Positions 1-9,640 are shown, counted from the first letter of the stretch. The stretch is DNA of 64,000 nt from Planctomycetota bacterium (GCA_965223545.1 OZ245006.1:4160001-4224000); one strand, 5' to 3'. The notes: generated by a model not told the origin, from the sequence alone. Program-made: numbers and translations.

Positions 1-573
1 ATCGCCGTCCCCGAGGTCGTCGGTCCCGAGGCCGTCGCCGCCGCTCTCGAGCGCGTGCGCCCAGAGGGGCGGGTGTCGATCCTGGAACCCTCGCGGCCCG
101 GTCGCCGACCGCCGCCGAAGCGCGATGCCCCGACGATCTCGGCCGCCGAACTGCGGGACGGTCTTCGCCGATCGGGCGTGCTCGAGCGGCTCGTGGCAAA
201 GGTCCAAACTACGACCGACCCTGCAGGCACGTGCCGTGAGCTGCTGGGGCTAGCACTGGTTTTCACGGCGGGCAGTGCTAGTCGATCGGCAAGGAAGCGA
301 AGCGAACTCGCTCGGGGGCTTGTCGCATACCGAGGCCCAAACGCGCCCGTTGAGCTGTTGGTGCTGATCTTGCACTTGGCCGCAGCATCCCCATGGAACA
401 TCGGCGGCGCGCTTCGAGCCAAGAGGCTGCCCCGACTGATCAGCGGAGGGCTCGACCTGGCGCTTCTCGAGGACGAGGCGCCGTCGCTCGATGGTGCGTG
501 CGCTCGGTTGCTGGCGGCTTGGGAGCGGGATGGACGGAAAGGTGCGCAGGTACGAGCAGGAGTGAGCAGATGA
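1..573 (+). CDS. Hypothetical protein, 5' truncated by the window edge
   Basis: Frame 1 is open from base 1 (IAVPEVVGPEAVAAALERVRPEG...). Its TGA overlaps the ATG of the next gene (ATGA at 570-573). Confidence 0.6.
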   Translation: MAVPEVVGPEAVAAALERVRPEGRVSILEPSRPGRRPPPKRDAPTISAAELRDGLRRSGVLERLVAKVQTTTDPAGTCRELLGLALVFTAGSASRSARKRSELARGLVAYRGPNAPVELLVLILHLAAASPWNIGGALRAKRLPRLISGGLDLALLEDEAPSLDGACARLLAAWERDGRKGAQVRAGVSR

Positions 574-1520
574 CGACCAATGACGACAACCGAACGTTGA
601 CCGACGAAGAAGTGCAGGAACTCCGACAACTGAAGGAACTCCTGCCTGAGCAGACGTACGGAGGCTACACAGCTCATCCGGCAGCAGAGCTGTTCCCTGG
701 ACTTCCAGGTGACGAGCTAGGGGAGCTGGCGCAGGACATCGCGAAGAACGGGCAGAGGTTCCCGATCTTCTTGTGGCGCGGGCAGGTCTTGGATGGCCGG
801 AGTCGGCTTTCAGCGTGCGCGCAAGTTGGGGTGGAGCCGTGGACGGAGGATGTCACCGAGCAAGTCGCGGACCCGTTCGAGTTCTCGGTTTCGGCCAACC
901 TTCACCGCCGGCACCTGACGATTGGCCAGCGGGCCGTGATCGCCCAAGTTCTGGAACAGCGCTACAAGGAGCAAGCTGCGTCCGCCAGCACTCGGGGGGC
1001 GTTGGGTGGAAGGGGTCGCAAGAAAGCTGTTGTCAAATCTGACAACAGCTTTCCTGGCGAGGCGAGTAGCGCGAGCAATGGGCCTGCGAACCATTCCCGG
1101 GCCAGAGCGGCAAGACGCATGCGCATCAGTGAGGGGGCAGTTGCTCAGGTCAACATGATCAAGGAGGGTGCGCCGGATCTTCTTCCCGAGGTCGCATCAG
1201 GAGGGCGCTCCATCAACTCCGCCTTGACCGAGATGAGAGCTCGCGAGCCACAAGGCCAACCGAAACGGAGTGCCAAGCGTCGCGCTGAGCATCGCAAGAA
1301 GGCCGCCCCCGCGACCACCGGCGTCGTCGCTGATGAGGTGATGCTCAAGGTGATCGATCGCTTTCGCGAGTCGGCTGAGTCACCCGGTACGAAGCTGCAG
1401 GCCGCTGAGGAGTTCTTGCGCTTCCTGCGCAAGTCGGCGGAGTTGGATCCCGCCGTCGTGGCGCTCCTCGATGTTGCGTTGCCGCTGCTGGCGCGCGCTG
1501 GTGCTGAGACCAGCGCGTGA
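570..1520 (+). CDS. ParB/Srx N-terminal domain protein (phage/plasmid type)
   Basis: HPAAELFP..ELAQDIAKNGQRFPI...VLDGRSRLSAC...SANLHRRHLT is the phage-type ParB-like signature. The ATG at 570 is coupled to the upstream stop. Confidence 0.8.
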   Translation: MTTNDDNRTLTDEEVQELRQLKELLPEQTYGGYTAHPAAELFPGLPGDELGELAQDIAKNGQRFPIFLWRGQVLDGRSRLSACAQVGVEPWTEDVTEQVADPFEFSVSANLHRRHLTIGQRAVIAQVLEQRYKEQAASASTRGALGGRGRKKAVVKSDNSFPGEASSASNGPANHSRARAARRMRISEGAVAQVNMIKEGAPDLLPEVASGGRSINSALTEMRAREPQGQPKRSAKRRAEHRKKAAPATTGVVADEVMLKVIDRFRESAESPGTKLQAAEEFLRFLRKSAELDPAVVALLDVALPLLARAGAETSA

Positions 1521-1695
1521 CCCGCGCCCGGTTTCATCGGGGGGAAACGGAGCCCAATGTGGGTGTTCCTGTAGCCCGCTTTGACGGTGAGAAGCGGTCG
1601 GGTTTGCTGACGGAGGATTCTCTGGGTGCGTGGATGGGCCGCAACACCAGTCGTCAATTCAGGTTATGCCTCCTGAAACGACAAACGTTGCGATT

Positions 1696-1730
1696 TTGAG
1701 GATCCTCACTTGAAGTTGAGGATCCTCACT
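1696..1730. promoter_or_regulatory. Tandem palindromic operators, TGAGGATCCTCA x2 with a 20-bp period
   Basis: TTGAGGATCCTCACT at 1696-1710 and 1716-1730, each holding a perfect 12-bp palindrome, just upstream of an RHH gene. Confidence 0.75.
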
Positions 1731-1746
1731 CATAACCTGCTTGGAG

Positions 1747-2229
1747 ATGGCACGAACGAACTTCTACATCAAGGACGAGGTCCGCGAGCGCATGCGGGAG
1801 GCGAGTCACGTGAACTGGTCACGGGTGGCCTCCGCAGCGATCGAAGCCAAGCTCGCGGAGCTGAACCGCGAGAAAGAGATAGCTATGACCGATCAGCAAG
1901 TCGTCGACCGCATCCGGGCGAGCAAGAACATGCAAGAAGACACCGACCAGAAGGAAGGATTCGACGCGGGCGTCCAGTGGGCAAAGCTGGCGGCCGAGTG
2001 GCGGCACTTCGAGCGCCTCAGCAAGATCAACTCTGCCGACTCGCCTGATGACTACCCAGGTGACTGGCTGTGGGAGACCGTCATCGGCCCGGACGAGGGC
2101 AGCCGACCTCGTCGCGACGACGTGGAGGCGCTGTTCGGCGAGGGGATCGCGGATCCGTCGCACTCGTTCGTGGAGGGCTTCATCGAGGGCGCCCTGACCG
2201 TCTTCGAGAACGTCAAGGAGCAGCTCTAA
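1747..2229 (+). CDS. Ribbon-helix-helix (Arc/CcdA/VapB-like) regulator fused to an unknown C-terminal domain
   Basis: MARTNFYIKDEVRERMREASHVNWSRVASAAIEAKL has the RHH strand-helix-helix pattern. Confidence 0.7.
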   Translation: MARTNFYIKDEVRERMREASHVNWSRVASAAIEAKLAELNREKEIAMTDQQVVDRIRASKNMQEDTDQKEGFDAGVQWAKLAAEWRHFERLSKINSADSPDDYPGDWLWETVIGPDEGSRPRRDDVEALFGEGIADPSHSFVEGFIEGALTVFENVKEQL

Positions 2230-2235
2230 GCCGTG

Positions 2236-2595
2236 ATGATCGATCAGCAAGTCCTCGACCGCCTTCGGGAGAGTAAGAGCATGCAAGAAGACCTCGACCT
2301 GCACGCCGGGTTCCACTCTGGCGTCGACTGGGCCAAGCAAACGGCCGAGTGGGTGCATCTAGAGCGCCTTAGCAAGATTTGCCCAACCGACCTGCCCGGC
2401 GATGGCGCCGGAGATTGGCTTTGGAGCGAGATCATGGCGCCAGGAGAGAGTCGGAGTGGCAGTGTTCCCCGCGAGGAACTTGATGCGTGCTACGGCCTTT
2501 CCGAGAACGCTCACGATGCTTCGCATTTGTTCTTGGCCGGATTCATCGAAGGCGCCGAGGCCGTCTTTGCGAACGTCAAGGAGCAGATCATTTAG
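2236..2595 (+). CDS. Tandem paralog of the C-terminal domain of 1747-2229, without the RHH domain
   Basis: MIDQQVLDRLRESKSMQED...WAK..AEW.H.ERLSKI...GFIEGA..VF.NVKEQ aligns with the upstream protein from its internal Met at 1885. Confidence 0.8.
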   Translation: MIDQQVLDRLRESKSMQEDLDLHAGFHSGVDWAKQTAEWVHLERLSKICPTDLPGDGAGDWLWSEIMAPGESRSGSVPREELDACYGLSENAHDASHLFLAGFIEGAEAVFANVKEQII

Positions 2596-2720
2596 GGCTC
2601 CCGGGAGCGAGGTTGGGGCCGCCGACACGCGGTCCCCTGCTGTGAGGATGTGGTAGCTCATCGCTACGGACTGCGATGAACTCTCGCGGCAGCTTGTTCT
2701 GACTCAGCTCTCGGCATGCC

Positions 2721-2758
2721 GGGGCCGCGCACACGTGCAGGGTGCGCGGCCCCTTTTT
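2721..2758 (+). terminator. Intrinsic terminator
   Basis: GGGGCCGCGCAC / GTGCGCGGCCCC 12-bp stem followed by TTTTT. Confidence 0.75.
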
Positions 2759-2790
2759 GGTTCCGACGCCGGCTCCTACAGCGACGACGG

Positions 2791-3429
2791 CTACTGAGCG
2801 GCAAGCGCATCTACAAGTTTCGCGGCGGCCAGCACGTTCGCTGCGAACATGCCGCCGAGAGCCCCGGCCAGCCTTGCTGCAGACGCTCGTGCTGCCTTGC
2901 GCTCGTTCTCGAGGCCTTCGATGTAGTCACGGAGGCTCCAATGGATCTCAAACCCTGGAACTTCGCGAACGGGGTCCAGCAGGAACCAGCTCTTTGCAAG
3001 GACGATAAAGCGGTCGGCCTGGATCCCCCCAGGTCCGCCCGACATGTACAGAACCCGGAGCCCATCGACTCCTGAACCCGGGATGGGCCGGCTAGAGGCA
3101 CGCTCGTCGCCGGGACGTCGGTCGACGAACTGGACGCACTGACTCTTCACCAGCCAGGTGATCTGCTTGTAGCGCGCAGAAAAGCCCTCAGCGGCCGCGT
3201 AGCTGTGCAGTGCACCAGACAGGCCCAGTAGTAGCTGGACCCCGATCTGAATGTTGAGGGTCCATTCCGCAACGGTTGGCCAGCTCGCTGCCTTGGTGCT
3301 CACCAAGATCGTTCCGAGCAAGGTGACGGTGCCACCCGCGAAGAGAGCCCAACTCAGCACCCGTACTAAGGTGCTCAGCCTTGGTGGGCGCTTTGCTTGC
3401 TCGCTCAACCCGCTGCTCATGTCGCTCAT
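2791..3429 (-). CDS. Hypothetical membrane protein (cargo, opposite strand)
   Basis: 212-aa ORF with two N-terminal hydrophobic segments and a C-terminal hydrophobic tail. Confidence 0.55.
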   Translation of the reverse strand: MSDMSSGLSEQAKRPPRLSTLVRVLSWALFAGGTVTLLGTILVSTKAASWPTVAEWTLNIQIGVQLLLGLSGALHSYAAAEGFSARYKQITWLVKSQCVQFVDRRPGDERASSRPIPGSGVDGLRVLYMSGGPGGIQADRFIVLAKSWFLLDPVREVPGFEIHWSLRDYIEGLENERKAARASAARLAGALGGMFAANVLAAAKLVDALAAQ

Positions 3430-3479
3430 TGGTTGCCTACGCTAACGTCTCGGGGGTGGCTTGACCCACACCCTACCGG

Positions 3480-3720
3480 TCCACGAAAGCTCTGGCGCTC
3501 TCAGGCGAGCCAAGAGCGAACCGAGCGACTTCGTGGACTGATCGACGAGCCAAGGGAAGGCGACCCAAGCAGCGACTGGCTCAGCGGTCTGGTCGCCGCC
3601 ATCCCGCAGCTCGAGCGCGTGATCGATGAGGACTCACCGATCGAGGTGGCGTTCTTCGAGTTTGTGATCGCGGGCTTTCTAAGCGGTGCAGTGCCCGAGG
3701 CGATGGAGTGCGAGGAGTGA
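3480..3720 (+). pseudogene. Possible third, 5'-truncated copy of the duplicated domain
   Basis: W...A.....ERL, DWL and AGF..GA motifs occur in the same order as in the two upstream paralogs. No convincing start codon; 5' coordinate approximate. Confidence 0.35.
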
Positions 3721-3848
3721 GCCGGTCCCGGTCGAAGACGATTGTTGTTGGCAATCTCGCGGCAAAGTCTCGTCAATAACTCTTATAGTCGGCTTTTTCG
3801 GGGTCGCGGGGTCTACAACTCGCTTGTTGGTTGTGGCATATCAGACGC

Positions 3849-6593
3849 ATGCCGACCGTTGAGCAGCTGCGACTTGACATTGACGCGCGGGGGGCTGCGC
3901 GAGGCGGACGCGAGGCAGCCCGAGCCACCGATCGAGTTGCGGCGAGCGCGAAGCGCGCCGATCGCGCCGTCAACAAGTTCGACGGTGAGCTGCGCACGAT
4001 GGGCCAGACGACTCGCTCGCTGCTCGGCCCGTTGCTCGGTCTGGGAGGCGCGTTCACCGGTATCGCCGCCGCACGCTCGGCATTCGGCACGCTCTCGAGC
4101 TTCGACGGTGGGGTTGCGTCGCTGCGTGCGCTGACCGAGGCGACATCCGCGAGCGCCGAGCTAGCCACAGCGGAGATGGTCGAGCTCGAAGAGGCCGCGC
4201 GCGGCGTAGGCGCTTCCACGCGCTTCTCTACAAACGAGGCGATCACGGGCCTCGAGGGTCTGCGGCGTGCTGGTCTCTCGACCCGAGAGGCAATCGCGGC
4301 CATTGGACCTGCTGCGGACATCGCGGTCGTTGGCAAGCTAGGCTTCGCCGAAGCGGCCGATCTAGCAGCTGCGACGATGCGGCAATTCCAACTGCCGGCC
4401 GGGGAGATCCGAGTCGCGCTGGAGCAGCTGAACGCGGCCGCGGTGCGCTCGAACACCGGCGTCGCGGAGCTGAAAGAAGGCTTTCGAGTTGCTGCCCCCC
4501 TCGCGCATCAACTCGGTGCCGACGTCGCCGAGGTCGGCGGCATCCTCGGCATACTCGCAGACTCTGCGATCAAGGGCTCGGAAGGCGGAACCAAGTTCGC
4601 GTCATCGATGGCGGCGTTGCTGGCGCCAAGCCGTGAGGCTCAAGAGATCCTCGATGGCGTTGGCCTTTCCGCCGATCGAATCGCCGCCTCGCTTGGCGAT
4701 CCCGCGCACTTGTTCCGTGAGTTGGGGCAGGCAGGACTCTCGGCCTCTGAGTCAGTTCGCATCTTCGGCCGCGAGAACGCCGCCGCCGCCGCCATTTTGC
4801 AAGAGAACGCGGACCGTGCGATCGAACTCACAGCCGCGATCCGAGAGTCGAGCGGCGAGATGCGCCAGATGGCGGAGACCAGCGCCGACTCGCTCCAGGG
4901 GAAGGCCACGGAGCTCGAGAGCGCCATCGAGGCATTGACGATCGCGCTTGGTCAGAGCGGGCTCACAGCCGCGCTCACGTCGACGGTCGAGGGCATGACC
5001 GCCGTCGTCCGCGAGTTGGGCGGGCTCGACAAGTCGATGGCGTCCGCGAGCCTCACTGTGTCGACGACCGCCGACGCCGTGCGGACTCTTGCGCTTGTTC
5101 TTGGTGGTGCAGGGCTCGTGGCCGCACTCGGGAAAGCCCAGGCCGCGATGACGGCTCTGGACGCGGCGACGAAGATCAACCCGGTGCTCTTGTGGGGGAC
5201 GGCGATCGGCGTCGCAGCGTCAACCGTTCTCGAGTTCACCAGCAACGCGGCCAAGGCAGAAGAGGCTGCGGCCCAGCTCAATGCCGAGCTTGCGCGACTC
5301 GACAAGCAACGTGAGACCAACATCGCGGGCTTCCTGGGCAAGTTGGAGCCTGACCTGTCCGGTGTGCGCAGCGGGGCAGACATCTTGCAGGATGTGCTCG
5401 GAAGCAGTGTGCTGCCGAGTCCGGACGAGTTTCGCCAGCGCTTGCAGGAGGGGCTGGGGCAATCGCGCGAGATCATCGGCGAGGAGATCCGGGGGCTCCA
5501 ACAGACGTTGGACAACCTGTTCGAGGCGCTGGGTGATCGCTCGGTAAGCGCGCGTCAGCAGGACGCGTTTCGCGAAGGCATCGAGCAGACGAAGGCAGAG
5601 ATCGAGGGCCTCATCGCAAAGTACGATGAGCTGACGCAGACGAACGCTGCCGCTCTTCAAGCGGAGTTCGATCGGCAGAAGGCGATCGCTGACGCCGAGC
5701 AGGCGCGACAAGCCGCGGTCGCCGCAGCTGAGGCCGAGAAGGCGGCGATCGAGGCGACTGCAACCACGTTGCAGGAGATCACGGACCAGCTTCGGCTCGA
5801 GGCCGAGCTTGCGGGGTTGAACGCGGCCGAGCGCGCGCGGCTCCTGGCCACTCGCCAGGTCGAAGAGATCATCGCTGCCTCAGGCATCACCAGTGAGGAG
5901 GAGCGTAACCGCCTGCTCAAGGAGCAGATCGATCTCGTCAACGAGTTGATCGACCTGCGGTCGCAACGTGAGGAGGAAGCCCGGCGCGCCGACGACGAGA
6001 GGTTTCAGGCGAGCGTGCCGCAGCTTCGCGGGACCTACAGCGAGGTCGGTCAGCGGCCGCTCTCACAGGAGAGCGAACTCGCGTTGGGGCAGGTCGGCAA
6101 ATCCGCTGGCCGGGCGATCTCTGAGGGTCTTTTGGAAGTCATCGAGGGTTCCGGTGATCTCGAAGACATTGGCAAGTCGATCCTCCGACAGATCTCGGAG
6201 AGCGCTTACGAGAACTTCGTCACGAAGCCGCTTGCCAACCTGGGACAGGAGCTCCTGATCGCGCTGGGCGAGGGAGTCGGAAACGCGCTCTCGGGCAACA
6301 CGTCTGCAAGCTTGCTCGGCGGGAGCCCCGCATCGTCTTCCTCGAACCCCTATTCCGGATCGCAGGGTGTTTCGCCGCCGGCGCGCGCCTTGTTCGAGCC
6401 CCGCGTGCCTCTCCCGTTCTCTGGAGCACCGACGTTCCCGGATGGCTCTCGCGTTGGCGCGTCTCCGCAGGGCCAGCCAAGTCGCAGCACCGCTCCTACG
6501 ACCATCATCGTGCAAAGCATCGACCAGGCTGTGCGTACGAAACGCCAGATCGATGAGCAGCGCCGCCGCGACATCATGGGGAGGCGTCGGTGA
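3849..6593 (+). CDS. Phage tail tape measure protein, TP901 family
   Basis: N-terminus VEQLRLDIDA; core with T(R)FSTNEAITGLEGLRRAGLS, SNTGVAELKEGF..AAP.A, GILADSAIKGSEGGT and IFGRE; long Ala/Glu-rich helical C-terminal half. Confidence 0.9.
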   Translation: MPTVEQLRLDIDARGAARGGREAARATDRVAASAKRADRAVNKFDGELRTMGQTTRSLLGPLLGLGGAFTGIAAARSAFGTLSSFDGGVASLRALTEATSASAELATAEMVELEEAARGVGASTRFSTNEAITGLEGLRRAGLSTREAIAAIGPAADIAVVGKLGFAEAADLAAATMRQFQLPAGEIRVALEQLNAAAVRSNTGVAELKEGFRVAAPLAHQLGADVAEVGGILGILADSAIKGSEGGTKFASSMAALLAPSREAQEILDGVGLSADRIAASLGDPAHLFRELGQAGLSASESVRIFGRENAAAAAILQENADRAIELTAAIRESSGEMRQMAETSADSLQGKATELESAIEALTIALGQSGLTAALTSTVEGMTAVVRELGGLDKSMASASLTVSTTADAVRTLALVLGGAGLVAALGKAQAAMTALDAATKINPVLLWGTAIGVAASTVLEFTSNAAKAEEAAAQLNAELARLDKQRETNIAGFLGKLEPDLSGVRSGADILQDVLGSSVLPSPDEFRQRLQEGLGQSREIIGEEIRGLQQTLDNLFEALGDRSVSARQQDAFREGIEQTKAEIEGLIAKYDELTQTNAAALQAEFDRQKAIADAEQARQAAVAAAEAEKAAIEATATTLQEITDQLRLEAELAGLNAAERARLLATRQVEEIIAASGITSEEERNRLLKEQIDLVNELIDLRSQREEEARRADDERFQASVPQLRGTYSEVGQRPLSQESELALGQVGKSAGRAISEGLLEVIEGSGDLEDIGKSILRQISESAYENFVTKPLANLGQELLIALGEGVGNALSGNTSASLLGGSPASSSSNPYSGSQGVSPPARALFEPRVPLPFSGAPTFPDGSRVGASPQGQPSRSTAPTTIIVQSIDQAVRTKRQIDEQRRRDIMGRRR

Positions 6594-6880
6594 CCGACGG
6601 ACAGAACGCGACGCTGCAGGACGCGGTCACGACGATCGTCGGGCAGCTCATGGCGTGGGCCGCGGAAGTGCGCAAGCTTCGACCCGCTGAGCGCGACGGT
6701 CGCATTGCGGAGATGCGGCAGCGGATGAGCGTGTTCGCCGCGGCTCAGCACCAAGCGCTGGAGGAAGCCAGTGCAGCCGGCGACAGGGAGGGCATCGCAA
6801 GCCACTCGCTCATGTCGTCCATGGCCGAGCGACTCGCGGAACAGCTGGGCGACTGGCTCGATCAGCCCAATCGAAACTGA
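6590..6880 (+). CDS. Hypothetical protein
   Basis: GTGA overlap with the TMP stop and GGAGG upstream; 96 aa, helical. Confidence 0.6.
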   Translation: MTDGQNATLQDAVTTIVGQLMAWAAEVRKLRPAERDGRIAEMRQRMSVFAAAQHQALEEASAAGDREGIASHSLMSSMAERLAEQLGDWLDQPNRN

Positions 6881-6922
6881 GGGCCCATAAGGCCAATTGA
6901 GGAAACGTCAGGACGAGACACG

Positions 6923-7909
6923 ATGCCACGACGCCAGCAGACCGTTGCACAGGCGCGCGCCGAGCAGGCACGCGAAGCCCAAGCCGATCGAGACCGCCAC
7001 GACGCGGCCAAGGAGCGCGACCTTCGCGCGCGCGCATGGGTGCACTGGGGCCAGGGCTCGGCACGCCTCGCTCTCGCGGAGGGCGACACGAGCTCGGCCA
7101 GCTTCTTCGCCAGCAAACTCGCGGCGCCGCACCGCGAACTCACGGCCGAGCTGGCGAGGATTCGCGACGATTCGCGGCTGACCGCCGAGGGCAAGCGCGA
7201 TGCTGTCGCGGCGGTGGCCAAGCGGATCCGTGCGCGCTTCGACGACAGCGGCGATCCGCTGCACGTTGTGCGGCGCAAGATCGAGCAGCACGCGGCACAG
7301 GCCAAGGACGCGACGGCCGCCCTCCAAAGTCTCGTGCGGCAGCGAGCTCTCGGAGTTCGCCGGGAGAACTTCTACGATTCGGCTCGAGCGATCGCTGACT
7401 CCGAAGCGTTCGCGCGGCTCGCTGCGAAGGAACAGGTGGCGCGCATCGCCGATGCCGAAGCATCCGGCGACGTCCGCACCTTGTTGGCTGCCGCTGAGGC
7501 CTCGGCGTGGTCCGGTGTCGTCGAGGAGTGCAGGGAGCGCACCATGCGGACGCTCACGTCGTTGGTCGCCGGCGAGGAGGCGCGCGAGGTTGAGACCCTG
7601 TCGGCACAAGCGACCATCGCCGAGCAACAGCTCGCCGCAGCGCTTGGTGGCCTCGAGCTGCTGGCGGCGGCACCACGGCTCGGGCTCGGCAAGGGGCGTG
7701 ATGGCGACGACGTTCTCGCTGACGCCAGCCTGGTGAGTGCGGGGTACCTCCTCAAAGCCGACGCGGAAGGCGTGTCGCCCGACTTGCTCGATCCCACACC
7801 ACTGACTTCCGAACGGCGGCCGCAGACGGCGGAAGATCGCTTGCAGGAGCACTACGAACGACAAGTCGAGCGTCAGGTGGGCCCCGCCGTTGGCGCAGAC
7901 GCGCCGTGA
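6923..7909 (+). CDS. Hypothetical alpha-helical protein
   Basis: 328-aa Ala/Glu/Arg-rich ORF, coupled to the next gene. Confidence 0.65.
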   Translation: MPRRQQTVAQARAEQAREAQADRDRHDAAKERDLRARAWVHWGQGSARLALAEGDTSSASFFASKLAAPHRELTAELARIRDDSRLTAEGKRDAVAAVAKRIRARFDDSGDPLHVVRRKIEQHAAQAKDATAALQSLVRQRALGVRRENFYDSARAIADSEAFARLAAKEQVARIADAEASGDVRTLLAAAEASAWSGVVEECRERTMRTLTSLVAGEEAREVETLSAQATIAEQQLAAALGGLELLAAAPRLGLGKGRDGDDVLADASLVSAGYLLKADAEGVSPDLLDPTPLTSERRPQTAEDRLQEHYERQVERQVGPAVGADAP

Positions 7910-8358
7910 CTGGCAAGGAATCTTCAATCGGAGGTTACACAGCGATGACAGCACAGCAGAAGTACGACGCCATGCGCGCGCACGCGCCCTCACAACCAGT
8001 CCCTCCTGACGGGAAGCCTCTGGCCGGTGAAGTGGTTTGGGACCTCGCGCAAGCGCGTTGGCGACGGCTTCCGGCGGTTGATGCCAGGGAAGGCGTGGCC
8101 GTCGGCATCTACGCACGCAAGAGCCCGAGCGGAGTCACGACAGCCAACCCCGCTGGCAAGGCTTGGGTGCGCGACGTCGCATCCGCAGCGACCTACTTCG
8201 TCGATGCGAACGACGCCGAGGAGATGATCGCCGCTGGCCTCGCCGAGATCGTCGACGCGCACGAGGAGCGCGAGCGGGCCGAGGCAGCCGTCGCCGCGGA
8301 AGAGGCGGCCGGCCGCGATGCGATGGCGAATGTTCGCGCGGCACGAGGAGGACCGTAG
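7906..8358 (+). CDS. Hypothetical protein
   Basis: GTGA coupling; alternative ATG at about 7945 after GGAGG. Confidence 0.6.
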   Translation: MTGKESSIGGYTAMTAQQKYDAMRAHAPSQPVPPDGKPLAGEVVWDLAQARWRRLPAVDAREGVAVGIYARKSPSGVTTANPAGKAWVRDVASAATYFVDANDAEEMIAAGLAEIVDAHEERERAEAAVAAEEAAGRDAMANVRAARGGP

Positions 8359-8547
8359 GTGCCCGACGAGCCGGAGAGGCTACGGCGCTTGAGTCCGCGG
8401 CGGGGTGTCGCCCAGTTCATGAGTGTCGAGGAGCTGGTTGAGGAAATGCGGCGGCGCTATCCCGACCAGTTCTTCCGCGGCTCCGAGCTCGAGTGGCGTC
8501 AGCGAACGACTGTTGTCGCGCGGAGGCGCGCGAGGCGCTGGCGGTGA
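8359..8547 (+). CDS. Small hypothetical protein
   Basis: GGAGG upstream, abuts the previous stop, and its TGA overlaps the next GTG. Confidence 0.45.
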   Translation: MPDEPERLRRLSPRRGVAQFMSVEELVEEMRRRYPDQFFRGSELEWRQRTTVVARRRARRWR

Positions 8548-9014
8548 GCGACCGCGACGAGCGGGGCAGGTTCAAGCCGGGCTGCCGCGGCGGTCCGGGC
8601 GCGGGCAACGTCCGGTATGTCACCGTGATGCGGGCCGCGATTCGCGAGGCGGTCAACGCCGGCGAGGTGCGGGAGGTGCTGCGAGCGATGCTGACGGCCG
8701 CGAAGAAGGGCGACACGGCCGCGTCAAAGTTGCTTCTCGAGTACGGCCTGGGGAAGCCGACGGCGATCGCTGCGGACCCCACAGGCGTCGAGCTGCCGAA
8801 GCTCGACAGCGTCAGCGCATGCGTCGAGGCCGGCGAGCGGCTCACCGCGGCCGTCTTGCGTGGTGAGCTCGCAGCGGCCGATGCCGAGCGGCTGGCTCGG
8901 ATCATCGACGTCGCCCAGCGCGGGCTCGAGGCGATGGAGGTCGGCGCACGGCTTGATGAGATCGAGGGCGCGCGCGTCTTCTTGAAGCTCGAGGCGGGAG
9001 GTCTTCGTGCCTAG
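8544..9014 (+). CDS. DUF5681-like / terminase small subunit-like protein
   Basis: RDERGRFKPGCRGGPG ... AKKGDTAASKLLLEYGLGKP resembles the GRF.PG..G / GD..A.KLLLE..G.P pattern of DUF5681 proteins. Confidence 0.6.
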   Translation: MSDRDERGRFKPGCRGGPGAGNVRYVTVMRAAIREAVNAGEVREVLRAMLTAAKKGDTAASKLLLEYGLGKPTAIAADPTGVELPKLDSVSACVEAGERLTAAVLRGELAAADAERLARIIDVAQRGLEAMEVGARLDEIEGARVFLKLEAGGLRA

Positions 9015-9351
9015 TTGGCGGCAGCGGCTGCGTCGCTTGGGGCCGCAGATCGATGACCTCGAGCAGAGCGCATGGTGCGTTCGCGCGGCTCGCGGCGTGC
9101 CCTCCTCGAGCGATCGCGAGGAGAGTTGGCGGCTTCGCATGGACTTGTTCGGCGTGATGGCGTTCCTGGACTACCCGCACGAACCAAACCACGAACCTGC
9201 TCCGGACGTCGCCGAGGCCACCGCAGCGGTTCTGGGCCTCGATTGGCCCGAGCACGAGCCCCACCCGCGCGGCTTGACGCTGCAGCAGCTGCGCGGCCAC
9301 CTGAACGTCCTACGGATGGAGCTACCGCACCATGAAGACGGCCACGCCTGA
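9007..9351 (+). CDS. Hypothetical protein
   Basis: GGAGG then GTG, overlapping the previous stop. Confidence 0.5.
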   Translation: MPSWRQRLRRLGPQIDDLEQSAWCVRAARGVPSSSDREESWRLRMDLFGVMAFLDYPHEPNHEPAPDVAEATAAVLGLDWPEHEPHPRGLTLQQLRGHLNVLRMELPHHEDGHA

Positions 9352-9538
9352 TCGTCGCGACCGGACATCGGTCGCTCTCCCTCGCCGTCTCCGCGACGAG
9401 TTGCACCGGACCGCAGCATCAATCTCAGAGGCCCGTGGCGGCAGCCGCGTCGCGTTGGCCGAAGTCATCGCGCTCGGCGTCCGCGAGCTGAGTCGACGCT
9501 GCCCGTCGTGCTGGCGACCACCCGAAGCGCATAACTGA
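9332..9538 (+). CDS. Small RHH-like DNA-binding protein
   Basis: TSVALPRRLRDELHRTAA...LAEVIALGVREL strand-helix-helix pattern; a terminator follows. Confidence 0.5.
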   Translation: MKTATPDRRDRTSVALPRRLRDELHRTAASISEARGGSRVALAEVIALGVRELSRRCPSCWRPPEAHN

Positions 9539-9553
9539 ACTCACTCCAGGAGT

Positions 9554-9602
9554 GCGGGCGTCGCCTTGGCCTCGGCGGTCGGGGCGGCGCCCGCTTTTTC
9601 TT
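9554..9602 (+). terminator. Intrinsic terminator ending the TMP operon
   Basis: 18-bp stem with several G-U pairs (9554-9571 / 9577-9594) followed by TTTTTCTT. Confidence 0.8.
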
Positions 9603-9611
9603 GCCAGACTC

Positions 9612-9640
9612 TTGACACGCCAGCGCCGTTCTGATAACGC
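9612..9640 (+). promoter_or_regulatory. Sigma70-like promoter
   Basis: Perfect TTGACA, 17-nt spacer and TG-n-TAACGC (weak -10), directly after the terminator. Confidence 0.45.

Noticed and set aside
1696..1730. Repeat pair as a mini CRISPR array
   Set aside because: Only two 15-bp copies with a 5-bp gap and no cas genes; an operator fits better.
1885..2595. Paralog pair as a DGR template/variable repeat
   Set aside because: Differences are not confined to adenines, indels are present and no reverse transcriptase is in the window.
2640..2720. GTGGTAGCTCA resembling a tRNA 5' end
   Set aside because: No T-arm (GTTCGA) or acceptor stem pairing could be built.
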